From positions 15,314,001 through 15,378,000 of the forward strand of contig NC_043006.1 in the NCBI RefSeq assembly GCF_006345805.1: DNA of 64,000 nt, written 5' to 3'. Both the position numbers and the translations under genes were made by a program. The notes under the pieces are model-generated. The model had not been told where the DNA came from. It ran no database searches and worked only from the letters and a program-made list of their open reading frames with translations. Origin of the DNA: Octopus sinensis. Lineage: Eukaryota. The number at the start of each line of letters is the position of its first letter. Position 1 is the stretch's first letter. This document shows, piece by piece, positions 11,818 to 26,087 of the stretch.

Positions 11818-12830
11818 CGATCTTACTTGCAATACTCAGGAGTAAGATGCCCCGATAGTTGTTGCAATCCTCTCATTCTCCTTTCTTGTAGATGGTGACG
11901 ATAGTTGAATCGCTGAAGTCGTTCGGGGGTGAGGGTCTTGCTTTCTCAGATCTTGAGGATAAGGAGCATCAGATGATTTCTCAGCTCTGGACCTCCGTGC
12001 GTGAAAGACTCAAACGGGATGTTGTCTGGTCCTGGAGCTTTACCCGGCTTCATACGCGCAAATGTCTTGTTGAATTCATGGCATGAGGGCGGCAGGGATA
12101 TCCAATGGTGGATGGGAGCTGTTGGGTGTTTTGGAGGAGAACGTCAGGTGTGCGTGAGTGGTCGTTATCTAAGTACTCGAAATCGAACTTCCAGCGATCG
12201 AGGATTCCTTGTTGTCGGTTATCGTAGAGCCAGCTGCGTTCTTCAGGCCGCCCATTGATGACCTTGTGGGGCCGAATATTTTGGTTGCAGCATAAAAGCA
12301 GTGCAAGTCTTGTTGGTCCGCATAGTTCTGCATCTCCATGGCCAATACCATGGATGCATGGTTCATTAGAATTCTGCCCCTTCCAAAAGATGGTGTATTT
12401 GGAGTCAGCTTCTCTGATGCTGCCTTCTCCGGGAAGCCTAGTTTCTCTCAAGGCTGCCACGTCGATGTTGAAGCGGGCAAGTTCCTTGCAGACGAGGGCT
12501 GTACGTCGCTCAGGTCGATTAATGTCACTCTTGTCCCGGAGAGTGTGAATGTTCCAGGCCCCGAAGGCGAGAGGTTGTGAAACAGAGGATTTAGTAGAGT
12601 TCCGGCCGCTAAGTGGGAAGTCCGTCAGGTATGCTGGCCAGATCAAGTTGCTGTGTTCGGAGTTCTATCTACTTTTGTCACGCCTGCCCTCTTCCGCCGG
12701 AGTCAATCTTTGGGGGGCTTGAGATAAACCTCCTCCGCTTGCTGCGCCGTTGGGTTTGGTCGTGTTTAATCTAGGACTTTATCCTCGACCTTGTCGCTAT
12801 GAGTGGCCCTACCAGGAGTCTAAAACTCCA
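11818..12830 (-). mobile_element. RTE-clade LINE, internally deleted (5' UTR, endonuclease start, RT start)
   Basis: AP-endonuclease start GAWNIHTLRD..RPERRTALVCKELARFNIDVAALRETRLPGEG is fused at about 12340 to the linker FYAATKIFGP and then D.TIVTIYKKG..DCNNYRGI.LLSIASKI. Confidence 0.88.
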
Positions 12831-12950
12831 GACGGTATCACTCTCAGAATCATTGGAACACACAGCTCTTCCACCACAAGGACGACCATCGGTATATGTG
12901 TATCAATATATAATATATAATATATATACTATATATATATATATATATAA

Positions 12951-14930
12951 TTAGACTTAGATAAACTTAGATACGTTTCGACCAAACATTGGTCCAGTCC
13001 ATGTCTAACTTAATAGCACCACCTGATAGGATTATTCGAATCCTGTTTAAGAAGTCACGTTTTGTTTAAGTCAAGTTTTGTTCAGTAGTGAGTTCTTGTT
13101 GGGTGAGTTGTATCCAGTTTTGTCAAGTCGTGAGTTCTTGTTGGGTGAGTTGTATCCAATTTGGGTGGCTTATCTGGTATCTTTGAAGGATCTATCCAGA
13201 CTCTGTTTGTTGATGGATCCTTTCCTCTTTGATCTCTCCGGACAATGTTAATAGGGCGGGCCTGTTGAGGAAAAGAAATTATTTGCAGTGTACATGTATG
13301 TTGGATCTTGGTGGGCAGGAGACGTAATAGCTCGTGGTCAAGTCTTGGTGAACCTTGAAGCTAATGTTAGGTCGTTTGGGCAAAGTTGGCGGTAATGTTT
13401 TCCACATCGTCAAATGATGTAACCGCTCACGGCGACGCTGGAGGGAGTAAAGTTTCAAGGCTTTAAGGCGATCCCAATAATCGAGAGCAGCCATGCCTTC
13501 AATTTGTTTAGTGAGAGCCCTCTGGGTGATCATTCTCGAGATGTTTTGTCTTGTGTAGGAGACCACAGTGGGCAGCAGTATCAAGGTGTGGCCGTACAAA
13601 GGAGGAAAAAAGTGGTATGATGACACTTGTTCTCTGGACCGGAAAGTTCTTAGATCCAGAACTCATCCTACGAGCTATATCGACCTTCTGTTGATGTGTG
13701 CACTCCAACTGAGATCGTCATCAACAATTACACCCAGGTCTCTGATATTGTTAGAGGCTTGAGCGGTTCCCTGAAGGAAGAGTATGGTTGTTTTAGTGAG
13801 GAATTTCTTCCAAAATGCATCAGCTCAAATTTCATTCAGTTGCAGTTTTGTTTCTGTCTGTCATTGATCACAGCATATAGATCAGACTGAGTTGAGTTCG
13901 TTCTTCTTCATTGACGATTTCTGGAGCTTAGTGTCATCAGCGAATATTTTCACTTTGCAGTAATGTACGACACTGGAAAGGTCGTTTACGTAATTATGAA
14001 GAGTAGCGGAATCAAACAGTTCCCTGGGGAACACCGCTGGTGACTTTTGCGGGGTTTGAGTGGACTCCATCAACTACAACATGTGTGTTCTATTCGCCAG
14101 AAATACTAATCCAGTGTAAACTTTTCCACGGATTCCAACATTGCCAATTTTGAGAGTAGGATGTTATGGTCTACCTGTCGAACGCTTACTGAAGTCAAGA
14201 TATATGACGTCAGAGTTCGAACCTGTTCCCAAGGCTTTGAGTACATCTTCAATGTGGTGTAAGAGCTGTGTTAGACAGTCCCTGCCACAGCGAAAGCCAT
14301 GCTGATTTGAATTTAGGAGTTTGTGGGTCTCCAGGAAGTCAGCTAATCCTTGATCTTAACACTCTTTCAAACACTTTATGATGTGGGAGTGAGTGAGTTG
14401 GGCGATAGTTGACTGCGAGGGATCTGGTTCCCTGTTTGAAAACCGGGATGACGACTGGGATAGAAACTGTTCGGTATATAACTGCGTCTAACGAATTCTC
14501 CAGAGGTTGGTCAGAGGGATTGCAAGTTGATATCTACATTCCTTCAGGAGACTAGCGGGAAATCTTATCAGGGCGTACAGCAGAGTAATGTTGACCTCAT
14601 TTAGCTGCTACGATGTCGGTGGCAGTGAAGGTTATGTTCTGAGATTTTGTGTGGGAGTCAACTTCGTTCGTTTCACGTCAATATCAGTGGGAACACTACA
14701 GACAGAGCAGTATTGTTTCTGGTATTTCTGCCATTTCTTAGCCGGTGTTGGTGAATGCCGTTATCATCAATCAATGGCCCAATGGTGAGCAGTGGTTCTA
14801 TGCTTATTTGCATAAGAATAGAACACTTTGGGTTCTGTTTGATGTTTTTGATTACCCTTGTTCCTCCACATCTTTGATTTTCAATGGAGGTTTTCATGTT
14901 AGCCTGCAGATGAAGTTTTCCATCTAGTCT
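12951..14930 (-). mobile_element. CR1-like LINE, 5'-truncated, 2.0 kb, many frameshifts
   Basis: RT motifs QHGFR, YLDFSKA, G(V)PQGT, IFADDTKL and C-terminal LDYWDRLKALKLYSLQRRRER; 3' UTR shared with 42236-43172; (TA)n on both sides. Confidence 0.9.
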
Positions 14931-14952
14931 TATATATATATATATATATATC

Positions 14953-14986
<34 letters not shown>

Positions 14987-15012
14987 GTATATATATATAT
15001 ATATTATATATA

Positions 15013-15064
<52 letters not shown>

Positions 15065-15689
15065 GCCAGTCATCCACACAGTTCTCATCGATCAAATTTT
15101 TCTCAGAAGGCATGGATCAGCCCAAGACTATGCAAGAAACATTTGTAAATGGAGTAATGCTTGACGAATAATTCACTCAATTTTCATTCATAAAGAGTTG
15201 AGGGGATTTCAAGCTAACATCTTTTCCCGGTATTTTCTTTGGTCTTTATTATCTTCTTGATACATCTCCCCAATGAAAATCAAGCGCCTGCTTGCCTGAT
15301 TTCCAGTAGCACCTCCTTTCTTACGATTGTTCATTTTGTGACTCCTTTTCATATTCTTATAAATGATGTGAGCTTTTATGACGTGTTGTCCCCAGATGAT
15401 GTTACCACATGTGTTGAACAGAGAAACTAAACGATATTCCACGCGTTGTATACAATTAGATATTTCTTGGAAATAAAAGGATAGTCAATAATTTAATTCC
15501 ATTATATTGTACTTGAATTCATTGTCCGCCCCCTTGATATTTCTCTCAGTAATTTTCAAGGATATGTGGAGATACAATAAATACACAATAATAGCACAAT
15601 CATATTAAACATAAAAACATTTTAGAAAGCGTTGCTGAGAGATATTTATTTAACATATTTGCCTAAATGAACACGCCTACATATTTTTT

Positions 15690-15830
15690 TTTCTAATTTT
15701 GGAACAAAGCCAGAAGTTTTGAGGGGAAGGACAAAGGATTACTCGACTGCAAAAAAGGTAATGTCGACCCTGGGTGGAATTCGGCACATATCACTTGTTA
15801 ACTATAGACATTTTGCCTGACGGGGACCCA
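15690..15830 (-). mobile_element. Degenerate family D SINE
   Basis: AATTTTGGAACAAAGCC..TTTGAGGGGAAGG..GTCGACCCTGGGTGGAATT resembles the D tail and core. Confidence 0.5.
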
Positions 15831-15926
15831 GTGAATTAGTAGAGATATAAACCCGACTCACCGAACACTGATGACCCGGAACTTTTTATAATCCGCGTAA
15901 ATTTACACTAATGCATAGGTATCTCT

Positions 15927-16247
15927 ATTTCATTTCATTTCATGACTGACCGTGGGATTGCACCTAGATAATTACCCTCCGAGCAAGGTTGTTTATGGAA
16001 GACCAGCAGTCGCCCATGCATACCAGCCTCCCCTCTCCACGCCACCAATGTTACCAAAGGAAAGACAACAGCAGATACAGCTTGGCACCTGTGACGTCGC
16101 AACTCATTTCTACAGCTGAGTGAACTGGAGCAACGTGAAATTAAGTGCCTTGCTCAAGAACACAACACGCAACTCGGTCCGGGATTCGAACTCACAACCT
16201 CATGATCGAAAGCTCGACGCTCTAACCACTGAGCCATGCGCCTTCAC
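15927..16247 (-). mobile_element. tRNA-derived SINE, family C (working name)
   Basis: On minus: GTGAAGGCGCATGGCTCAGTGG (A box), GAGTTCGAATCC (B box), body TTGAGCAAGGCACTT..ACTCAGCTGTAGAAATGAG, (TGAAA)n tail. Confidence 0.88.
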
Positions 16248-16824
16248 TATTTCATTTAATTACTTAAATAAAATATATACTTATTTAGTTTAGAGTGTGT
16301 TGATGAAGGTGAGTATGGTTCTGAAAAAAAATCAGTAATCCAGAAAGGCTTTGGCACCACACGTTCAGAAAAATTGATTTGTTTCTGTATATATATCTTA
16401 TTGCATGTAATAAATAATTTACGTTCATTTCGTCAACCACATTCTGACTGGGATGTTCCAAATAAGTCAATGCTAAAAGTGAGACCATAGTTGACTATCC
16501 AAAGGAATTAATTAAATTCCAAAGCAGGTACATGTTCTTGGATTATGCATCCATGTATGGATAAGTTGGTTGCTCTGAACAACATTTCAAGCAGAGCTTT
16601 TTAGATTTATATCAAACGAAAAGGAAAGTTTTTCATGGCCATTCAAGTAGATAGCTATAACAGCTTAAATTTTCTAAAATCACATCCTATGGTCATGAAA
16701 AAGGATCATACATTTGTCAATAAAATATCAGATATACTAAAGTACTAAAATAAACACGGCGAGAACAACTTTGACCATAATTTAGCTCGATTGGATTAAA
16801 CAAAACAACGATGATTCACGTGCA

Positions 16825-16858
<34 letters not shown>

Positions 16859-17963
16859 AATACGTATCAAGTATGTATATATCATCTTTTCTATTTTTTA
16901 ATTATTGGAGAACTTCCTCGGAGGAAGGGGCAACTTTCTAACCAAGATACAAAGCTCCATCGTTGGAATGAAAATAACAAAAACAAATTCACATTGTGAA
17001 GTTAAGAAAAGTTTTGCATATTTTTATTTTTCCACTAACAGATTGTATTTCTAATGTGCGAATTAGCTGGTTGATTTTTCCCTTCCTGAAAATCCCAGTT
17101 TATTCAGATTTTAAGAGGAATTTATAAAACGGGTATAGCAGTTGAAGGTTTGTCTTCGATTTTCGAAGGCATATTCACATCAGCAGGGTAGGTAACCTCT
17201 GTAATAGTGCATATATTTTTTTGTCTGATGTCCTTTTTTTTTATATAAGTAGCTCATCGTCTCAGTTGTTGAAAAGAATCTCTAAGCAATACTCTACATT
17301 TAGACATATCAACAAACGTAACAGTACTGGGCTTAGTAAATTAATTTGGTCTCAAAAAACATAATAAACAATTCAGTTTGGAATGGAAAATCCTATCTAG
17401 ATTCTTCCCATATAACAAAGGTAATTCTTTTTGTCCACACTGTAGCGAAGGGCAATTTCACATCATTTTCTCGGGGAATACTCTTGTAAACACATTTAAA
17501 GAACGCGTTTATCGTTGTAAACATAGGCAAAAACATACCTTTAGTTCCTATAAGTAATTTCTATCAATCTATAAAATTCGACCTTTAACTTACTTCTTAC
17601 ATTTTATTTCCACTACATATATATATTTCCATGCTTTTAAACTTAATTCCCATTCAGCTATCTCACTATATTTTTCCACTCTTAATTTTCGGTTACTTTC
17701 TTACTTTCCCCTCCTTCTTTTTCTCTAAATTACTATCGACGTTAACTCTATTAACGGTCTTTAAAAAGTAAAGTAACTTGCTACCGGTCCCCTTCATCAT
17801 ATACGCAGTAATCACATTCGGTTAAAATGGCTAATTGATGTGTTTTATTCCTTTTTTCCTCGACGAGATGATTGCATTGTTTTACATCATTTTTATTCCC
17901 TCCGGAATAATCTCAATGCACCTTCAATATATATACTTTATTTTAAGGAGCAGAAAATTCAAC

Positions 17964-18011
17964 AAAATCTGTTACTCTGAGTTTCTCGTTGCCGTTCATC
18001 AGACAGTTTTT
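17964..18011 (-). ncRNA. Mirror copy of the hammerhead motif on the minus strand
   Basis: Exact reverse complement of 18025-18072 within the palindrome. Confidence 0.72.
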
Positions 18012-18024
18012 GCTAGAATCTAGC

Positions 18025-18072
18025 AAAAACTGTCTGATGAACGGCAACGAGAAACTCAGAGTAACAGATTTT
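18025..18072 (+). ncRNA. Minimal type I hammerhead ribozyme motif (Penelope-associated type)
   Basis: Stem I AAAAACTGT/ACAGATTTT; CTGATGA at 18034-18040; short stem II CG-GCAA-CG; GAAA at 18051-18054; stem III ACTC-A-GAGT; GUA cleavage triplet at 18061-18063. Positions 10.1/11.1 are A/A instead of G-C, so activity is uncertain. Confidence 0.72.
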
Positions 18073-18282
18073 GTTGAATTTTCTGCTGCTTAAAATAAAG
18101 CATATTACTCTACCACTGGTATTTGAGTACTCTTTTTTCCACCTTGTTTCACATTTATGTGTTTACTCCGGTATATATATATATATATATAAATGAAAGA
18201 ATGGAGTCGAACGAAGATGTTAACAAAATTCCTTTACTCTCAACACATGCTGACGATAAACGTAGGATAATTCATTCACCTA

Positions 18283-18315
<33 letters not shown>

Positions 18316-18624
18316 ATGAGATGACGACATATAGGAAGGGAGTGAGAGAATAAGGAGACAGAAAGAAAGCAGAAAAGAGAAGCATAAAAGTTCATAGTTC
18401 AACTTTCTGAAGTTATAGAAACGATAGCATGAGTCTGCAATGGCTCCGTAACTACCGTCTCGGCTATAACCTTGGGACCCTAGTAATCTGTTACAGCACT
18501 TAGCGTACCTATATATACATACATACATACATACATACATACATACATACATACATACATACATACATACATACACACATACATACATATATAAATATAT
18601 GTGTGTGTGTATGTATATATGATT

Positions 18625-18838
18625 GTGTCTACGTTTGTCCCTACCACCGCTTGACATCCGGTGTTTCTGCGTTCACGTCTCCCTAACTTTGTGGTTCGGC
18701 AAAAGGGAACGATAGAATAAATACAAGGCTTAAAAAAATTACTTGGGTCGATTAAATTAACTAAATGTGCCTCAAGATGGTGCCCCCCAGCATGACTGCA
18801 GTTTAATGACTGAAACAGTTAAAAGATAAAAGATAAAA
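18625..18838 (+). mobile_element. Family A SINE, degenerate 3' half
   Basis: GTGGTTCGGCAAAAGGGAACGATAGAATAAATAC..CAGCATGACTGCAGTTTAATGACTGAAAC..AAAAGATAAAAG. Confidence 0.7.
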
Positions 18839-19337
18839 ACGCTTCAATTATGAAACACTAGGTTAATATGTGCTATAATTCAAACATAGATCATTTTATA
18901 CTAACATATTTGATAAACAGACTGAATCAGTAAGTAATGATATATAAGATAATTTTCGTAAATACGATTCTGAAGCAAATTTTCATTGTGTCGGGATTTG
19001 ATACGAGAATTGGCTTGAGACATCTGTTTTGTTGTTAGCAGTATATGAATTATTTGACTTTTGTTTTATTGATAGAATCTGATGAAAATCGGTTCCATAA
19101 GACTCGACTGTTTTTGCATGCCTCACGACTATGTTAATACAAGTTTTTAACTAATAGGTGTCGGAGTGGCTGTGTGGAAAGTAGCTTGCTTACTAACCAC
19201 ATGGTTCCGGGTTCAGTCCCACTGCGTGAAACCTTGGGCAAGTGTCTTCTACTATAGCCTCGGGCCAACCAAAGCCTTGTGAGTGGATTTGGTAGACGGA
19301 AACTGAAAGAAGCCCGTCGTATATATGTATATATATA

Positions 19338-20903
<1,566 letters not shown>

Positions 20904-20908
20904 TATAT

Positions 20909-20965
<57 letters not shown>

Positions 20966-21778
20966 ATGTGTGTGTATGTTTGTCTTGACAACCGATGCTG
21001 GTGTGTTTACGTCTCCGTAACTTAGCGGTTCGGCAAAAGAGACCGATAGAATAAGTACTAGGCTTACAAAGAATAAGTCCTGGAGTCGCTTTGTTCGACT
21101 AAAGGCGGTGCTCCATCATGGCCACAGTCAAATGACTGAAACAAGTAAAAGAGTAAAAGAGTAAATCACTACTTAATTACTCGTAGCTCGTTCTGCTTTT
21201 GATACACTTCTAAATAACAACACGTGTCTTGTTTGATCCAAAGGGATATAATAGAATATTCATATATATATATATATAATATTCATATATTTCATCAGAG
21301 CTGTTAATATTGTCTAGCGAGTCAACGTCGAGTGATGAAATATTCTCACAGAAAAATACTTTGCATACAGACATTTATATCTGCTTACAAAAAAATTTAA
21401 AATATTTTTATGAAATGTTGCAGTTGTCTATTTCATGCAATATTTTCCTTCAAAGCCATTGATGTTAATAATAATCTGTTTTTACTTTTTGGCATTCCAA
21501 ACTGAACTTTATGGACACTTGATTTATTGAATTATGCTACATTCACGTTACAATTTTGAAACTCGGGTTATTTTTGCTTCAATGTTTGCATGACTGCAAA
21601 TCTGGTTCTGTAGCGCACATTTTATTACGTCATACACTACTTTTTGCTTCATTTTAGGGCATTTGATGTCCTGTTGATATTACAAATTGGTCGACAGTAC
21701 CTTCTAGTGAATACCTCATGGATATCAGATTTGACAATTTCATTAGAAAATTTCTGTAATCAACAGATTACTACTTAA

Positions 21779-22142
21779 TATCAGCATGGCTCGGCTTCGT
21801 GAACGAAGATCAGGAAGGCTGTCCATGTCGCGTGCACGCACACTCATGACTGACAAGTCCAATATGGGAAAGGCAGGTCCGTGAGCAGTGTCCACAGATG
21901 AAGGTAACATCCGGTGTGGTGTCAGAGGCGGCACACGCCTTCCTCCTGCGTCTCTTGTCTTTAAGTGTGTCTCTTCTTTGTTCCTCAAACTTGCTGACTG
22001 CGTTGAAGATCGTGTGGCGCCAGACATCACGGTCCGCAGCCAGGTCTGACCAGCATTGGTGGTTAATATGACATGCTGTTAGAGACTTCTTGAGGCAGTC
22101 TTTGTAGCGCTTCCTCGGAGCTCCTCTCACTCGGTGGCCGGC
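21779..22142 (-). mobile_element. RTE LINE 3' fragment with 10-bp TSD
   Basis: RGAPRKRYKDCLKKSL..CGHCSRTCLSHIGLVSH; TACTACTTAA at 21769-21778 and 22143-22152. Confidence 0.9.
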
Positions 22143-23718
22143 TACTACTTAACATAATGTGTTGATATTATCATACATATATAATATAAAGGTACACAAA
22201 CGAAAACATATTCTAATTACATCAATATTGAAGTCAGTGTTTATATGAAACACTGAAGAAGGAAATATTCTACAGATTTAAATAATCCTTTAGTCTGTTA
22301 TAGTGAAAAGTTGACATTATTTAAGAATAAACAACAAAGAAATATTTAGTAAAGACAAATACTGTAAACACGTGAGCTGCAGACATATTTGATTGAGATG
22401 GGGTTGGGGAACCAAAATGGTTGCATACTTTTGTATATTAGCTAGGTCATGGTTTAGTATTGAAGCATTTCCTCTCCCAAACAACTACGCAGCCACGATG
22501 CTTTTATTACAGTATTTCATTTCATTTCATTTCTGTCAAAGTAGAATCTGGTTAGAGACGTTGTGATTGGATTTTCAATAATGCAAAACCTCTTGTTTGT
22601 TTTTCTTCATCATCATTTCTGTGAAACGGTGTCAAATTTATTGTTAGGAAAATCTCTCCAGTGTAATATTTTATTACAAACCAGTTTAGTAAATTTTTCT
22701 ATATCTGATATCCAGGCATTTGTTCTCTACACATAGCATTTTTCATGACTATTCAACTCAATAATAAGTCGGTGACATGTGTCAGAAGAGCTAAATGTAA
22801 CAATAAAAATAGAGAAAAAATAACCAATTTAGTAAATTGGATTTCCTTTTCTGCATAAAAATAAAAAAGAATCATGTTGTGTTATATAAATTGAATATAT
22901 AAAATTGGGTAGAAAATAGGCTATTTGAAATTAAATTTTATTTCGTAGGAGTATTTTTTTTTAAATACAGAGAAATTAAATTTTAAACATATTGGTGTTG
23001 ATTCTATGATAAGTAAGTATTATTTTAAAAACATTAGTTTGTATTTTTAAAACTCCATGAATTTTCATGAGCTAAATGTGCTCACTGGATGTATGCATTG
23101 GGACAAATTTGTGTTAAATTAGTTATTATTTTCTTCGTTCAATAAACATTGACTGAGTGTCATGGTGGTTCTTTTAGACCCGTTGCAATGGCAGTTATTT
23201 GTAACAAGAGGTATAAAGTCAAATGAATGAATCCAGAGGACATGATCAATAATAGCTAAAGCTGTTATTGAGGCACACACTGATTGAATGTATTATCGGA
23301 TATTTCTATGCTGCGGTACTAATGTAATAAAATTTGTCTCTTACTGTAAAAAAAAGAAAACAAGAGAGGTGAGCAAAGCGAGGTTTAAAAACACAAATAT
23401 TGAAGCAATAGAAATACCTATATCAGCGTTCTTTTATCTCATTCATTCTCACTGAAAAATCGACAAATCACTTTCTGAAACTAGTTGTTTGGTCAAAGAA
23501 GAGTGTTAATAGTGTCCTGTATGAATAGAAGATGAGTTTTAATCGAATGATTCAAACTGGAATAGCTATGGTATTTAGTTTTTGATCTCGGAGACCGGAA
23601 AAAGCTAAGTTGAACGTTTAAAATTTGTTGAGATTTAAGCATAAAATATCCCGGCACTGGGCTAGATAACATACTGTATCGTTTCCTGCAAAAGCTTTGC
23701 AAAATTTCTACAAGAATG

Positions 23719-24148
23719 AGGAGTGGCTGTGTGGTAAGTAGCTTGCTAACCAACCACATGGTTCCGGGTTCAGTCCCACTGCGTGGCATCTTGGGCAAGT
23801 GTCTTCTGCTATAGCTTCGGGCCGACCAAAGCCTTGTGAGTGGATTTAGTAGACGGAAACTGAAAGAAGCCTGTCGTATATATGTATATATATACATATG
23901 TATGTGTGTGTATATGTTTGTGTATCTGTGTTTGTCCCCCTAGCATTGCTTGACAACCGATGCTGGTGTGTTTACGTCCCCGTCACTTAGCGGTTCGGCA
24001 AAAGAGACCGATAGAATAAGTACTGGGCTTACAAAAGAATAAGTCCCGGGGTCGAGTTGCTCGATTAAAAGGCGGTGCTCCAGCATGGCCGCAGTCAAAT
24101 GACTGAAACAAGTAAAAGAGTAAAAGAGTAAAAAGAGTAAAGAGTAAA
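23719..24148 (+). mobile_element. Family A SINE, intact
   Basis: Complete head, microsatellite and tail with (GTAAAAGA)n 3' end. Confidence 0.93.
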
Positions 24149-25011
24149 CTATTCGCTCGGGGGTCGTGGTGAATTAACGTTATTGTTTTCTTCTACCTTG
24201 GTATTCTCCCCCCTTAACTTTATATTTTTCATTAAGCATATACAATAGTTCTGTGAAATTAATTCTTAATTTCTAGAAATGACCTCCTCTTATTTCTTTG
24301 AAAGATGATAACAATTACCACTCGGAATTTTGTGTACTCTTTCTCCGACTATGAAGGGCCTTTCAATTTATAGTCTTTTTTGTTTGCATTATTCAGTACG
24401 TCATCACTGGAGTTTTCTAAATTAAGCTATAACCCTGTTTGAGTTATTTTCCATGGCTCATTTTGCTTTTTTAATTATACACTCATTTGACATTTGACAA
24501 TATCAAGACGCAGTCAATATTCATATCTTTGAGGAAACACAGTGTCAACATTATATTTTCCTTATGAAGAACCCATATTTAAATTCACGAACACATTGTG
24601 CGCACTCATTAACTAGCCGCATTTTGTGTTCTCTTTCATTGCCTTATACTGCTACTATAACAGTCTCTGCTTCTCTGAACAAGTGTACTGATTTTTGTTA
24701 CTTTTGATGTCCTTACTATATCATCCACACAACTCCTGCACTAACTATTTCCCTAGAATCGTCACCTCCCACAGATTAACACTAATGCACACTTTTTCTG
24801 CAGGCACAATTTTCCTGTCTATAGAATTTCATGGTAAACGCCAACTTCATTAAACGACTATACCAGTCTGGCAAAGCCTGAACACGCTAAAAGTATTAAC
24901 TATCTTCAATGAACAATGCAAATTACAAATATGATGAAGATATCTGGCTCTATCCATAATCGAATACTTTCTCTAAATAACATAAGTGACCCTAACAAAT
25001 TATTATTATTA

Positions 25012-25049
<38 letters not shown>

Positions 25050-25089
25050 TATTATTATTATTATTATATTATTATTATCATTATTATTA

Positions 25090-25440
25090 TTATTATTTGT
25101 CAGCTACAAGAAAACAGAATTCTGCTTTATCTGTATGATTTTCTGCGGTTATCTTGTTAAAATTATTAGCTCTATTCTCTCTTCGAGTCTTCGTTCTGGT
25201 AACTCTATAATAAATACCAGACCAGTTGTATATTTATATGAGTCACGATATAATGTTAGAAAATTTTCGCCTTTTGTAAAGAAGGATTTACTAAGAGAAA
25301 ATATCAATGGATATTGGTTAAATATTTTTCTAGACACCTTTGAAATCTGACTTCACTTTCAAAATGCAACGTATCTCAGCGTAATATCCAAGAAAATAAC
25401 CCCTCCCTAATAAAGGTCGTTCAATTTTAGATTATTCAAG
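25090..25440 (-). mobile_element. Highly decayed Penelope-like RT C-terminal relic
   Basis: LNNL..IFLDITL..NQY..F...RRLEE.IELIILTR*PQKII resembles the PLE FLDI/thumb region RLEEL...L..R.YP..II. Confidence 0.45.
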
Positions 25441-25973
25441 CCATTAGTTGCTTTCATAAATCGTTGAAAAGATATATACTGTAAACAGTAGGACCTATTG
25501 CTATAAATAAATAAATAGTGTGGGTGGGTGGGTCTGTTAGAAGTTGAGGTGAGTTAGGGGTGAAGAGCAGCTATAGAATACTACAAAAATATCGAGTAAT
25601 ATGTTTTGGAACTACACAGAATGGTTTAGATGATTTTTCTAAGAACAAACACCAAAGAAAGATCGTAGCGACTGAAATTGTATTATCCTATTTTTGTGCA
25701 TATATAATAAAGCCGATATATGGAATATGGTGAGTATGAAGTCTCTAAAAGGTCGGAGATATAAAATAGTGAATGCTTTTTTTACGGTTTCTAGTTCTAC
25801 ATAAAAAAATTTAGTGTAAAAAATAAATAAAAAAATGGTCTACTTTCTGTTAGTATTCTTTGAATTGGAAAGGATAATATTAGCTATTCAGTTGATATAT
25901 TCATTGCGCATTTATGGACAAAATGCTCATAACCATACACAGCCAGCCTGCCAGTGAGAAAGATATACACACA

Positions 25974-26012
<39 letters not shown>

Positions 26013-26042
26013 ACACATACACACACATACACACACACATAC

Positions 26043-26087
<45 letters not shown>

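Larger units (their letters stand above)
17936..18100. repeat. Near-perfect palindrome, 82-bp arms, 1-nt spacer at 18018
   Basis: 17936-18017 is the reverse complement of 18019-18100 with a single mismatch. Confidence 0.97.

Noticed and set aside
15065-15450. Faint piggyBac-like peptide (IKAHIIYK..RRLIF)
   Set aside because: No catalytic motifs, TIRs or TTAA; similarity too weak.
17108-17190. GIAVEGLSSIFEGIF resembling SLC23 GIFVEGLSCVLDGIF
   Set aside because: Flanks do not match, the NAT signature is replaced by a stop, no acceptor sits at the expected place, and no other SLC23 exons were seen; probably chance. BLASTX would settle it.
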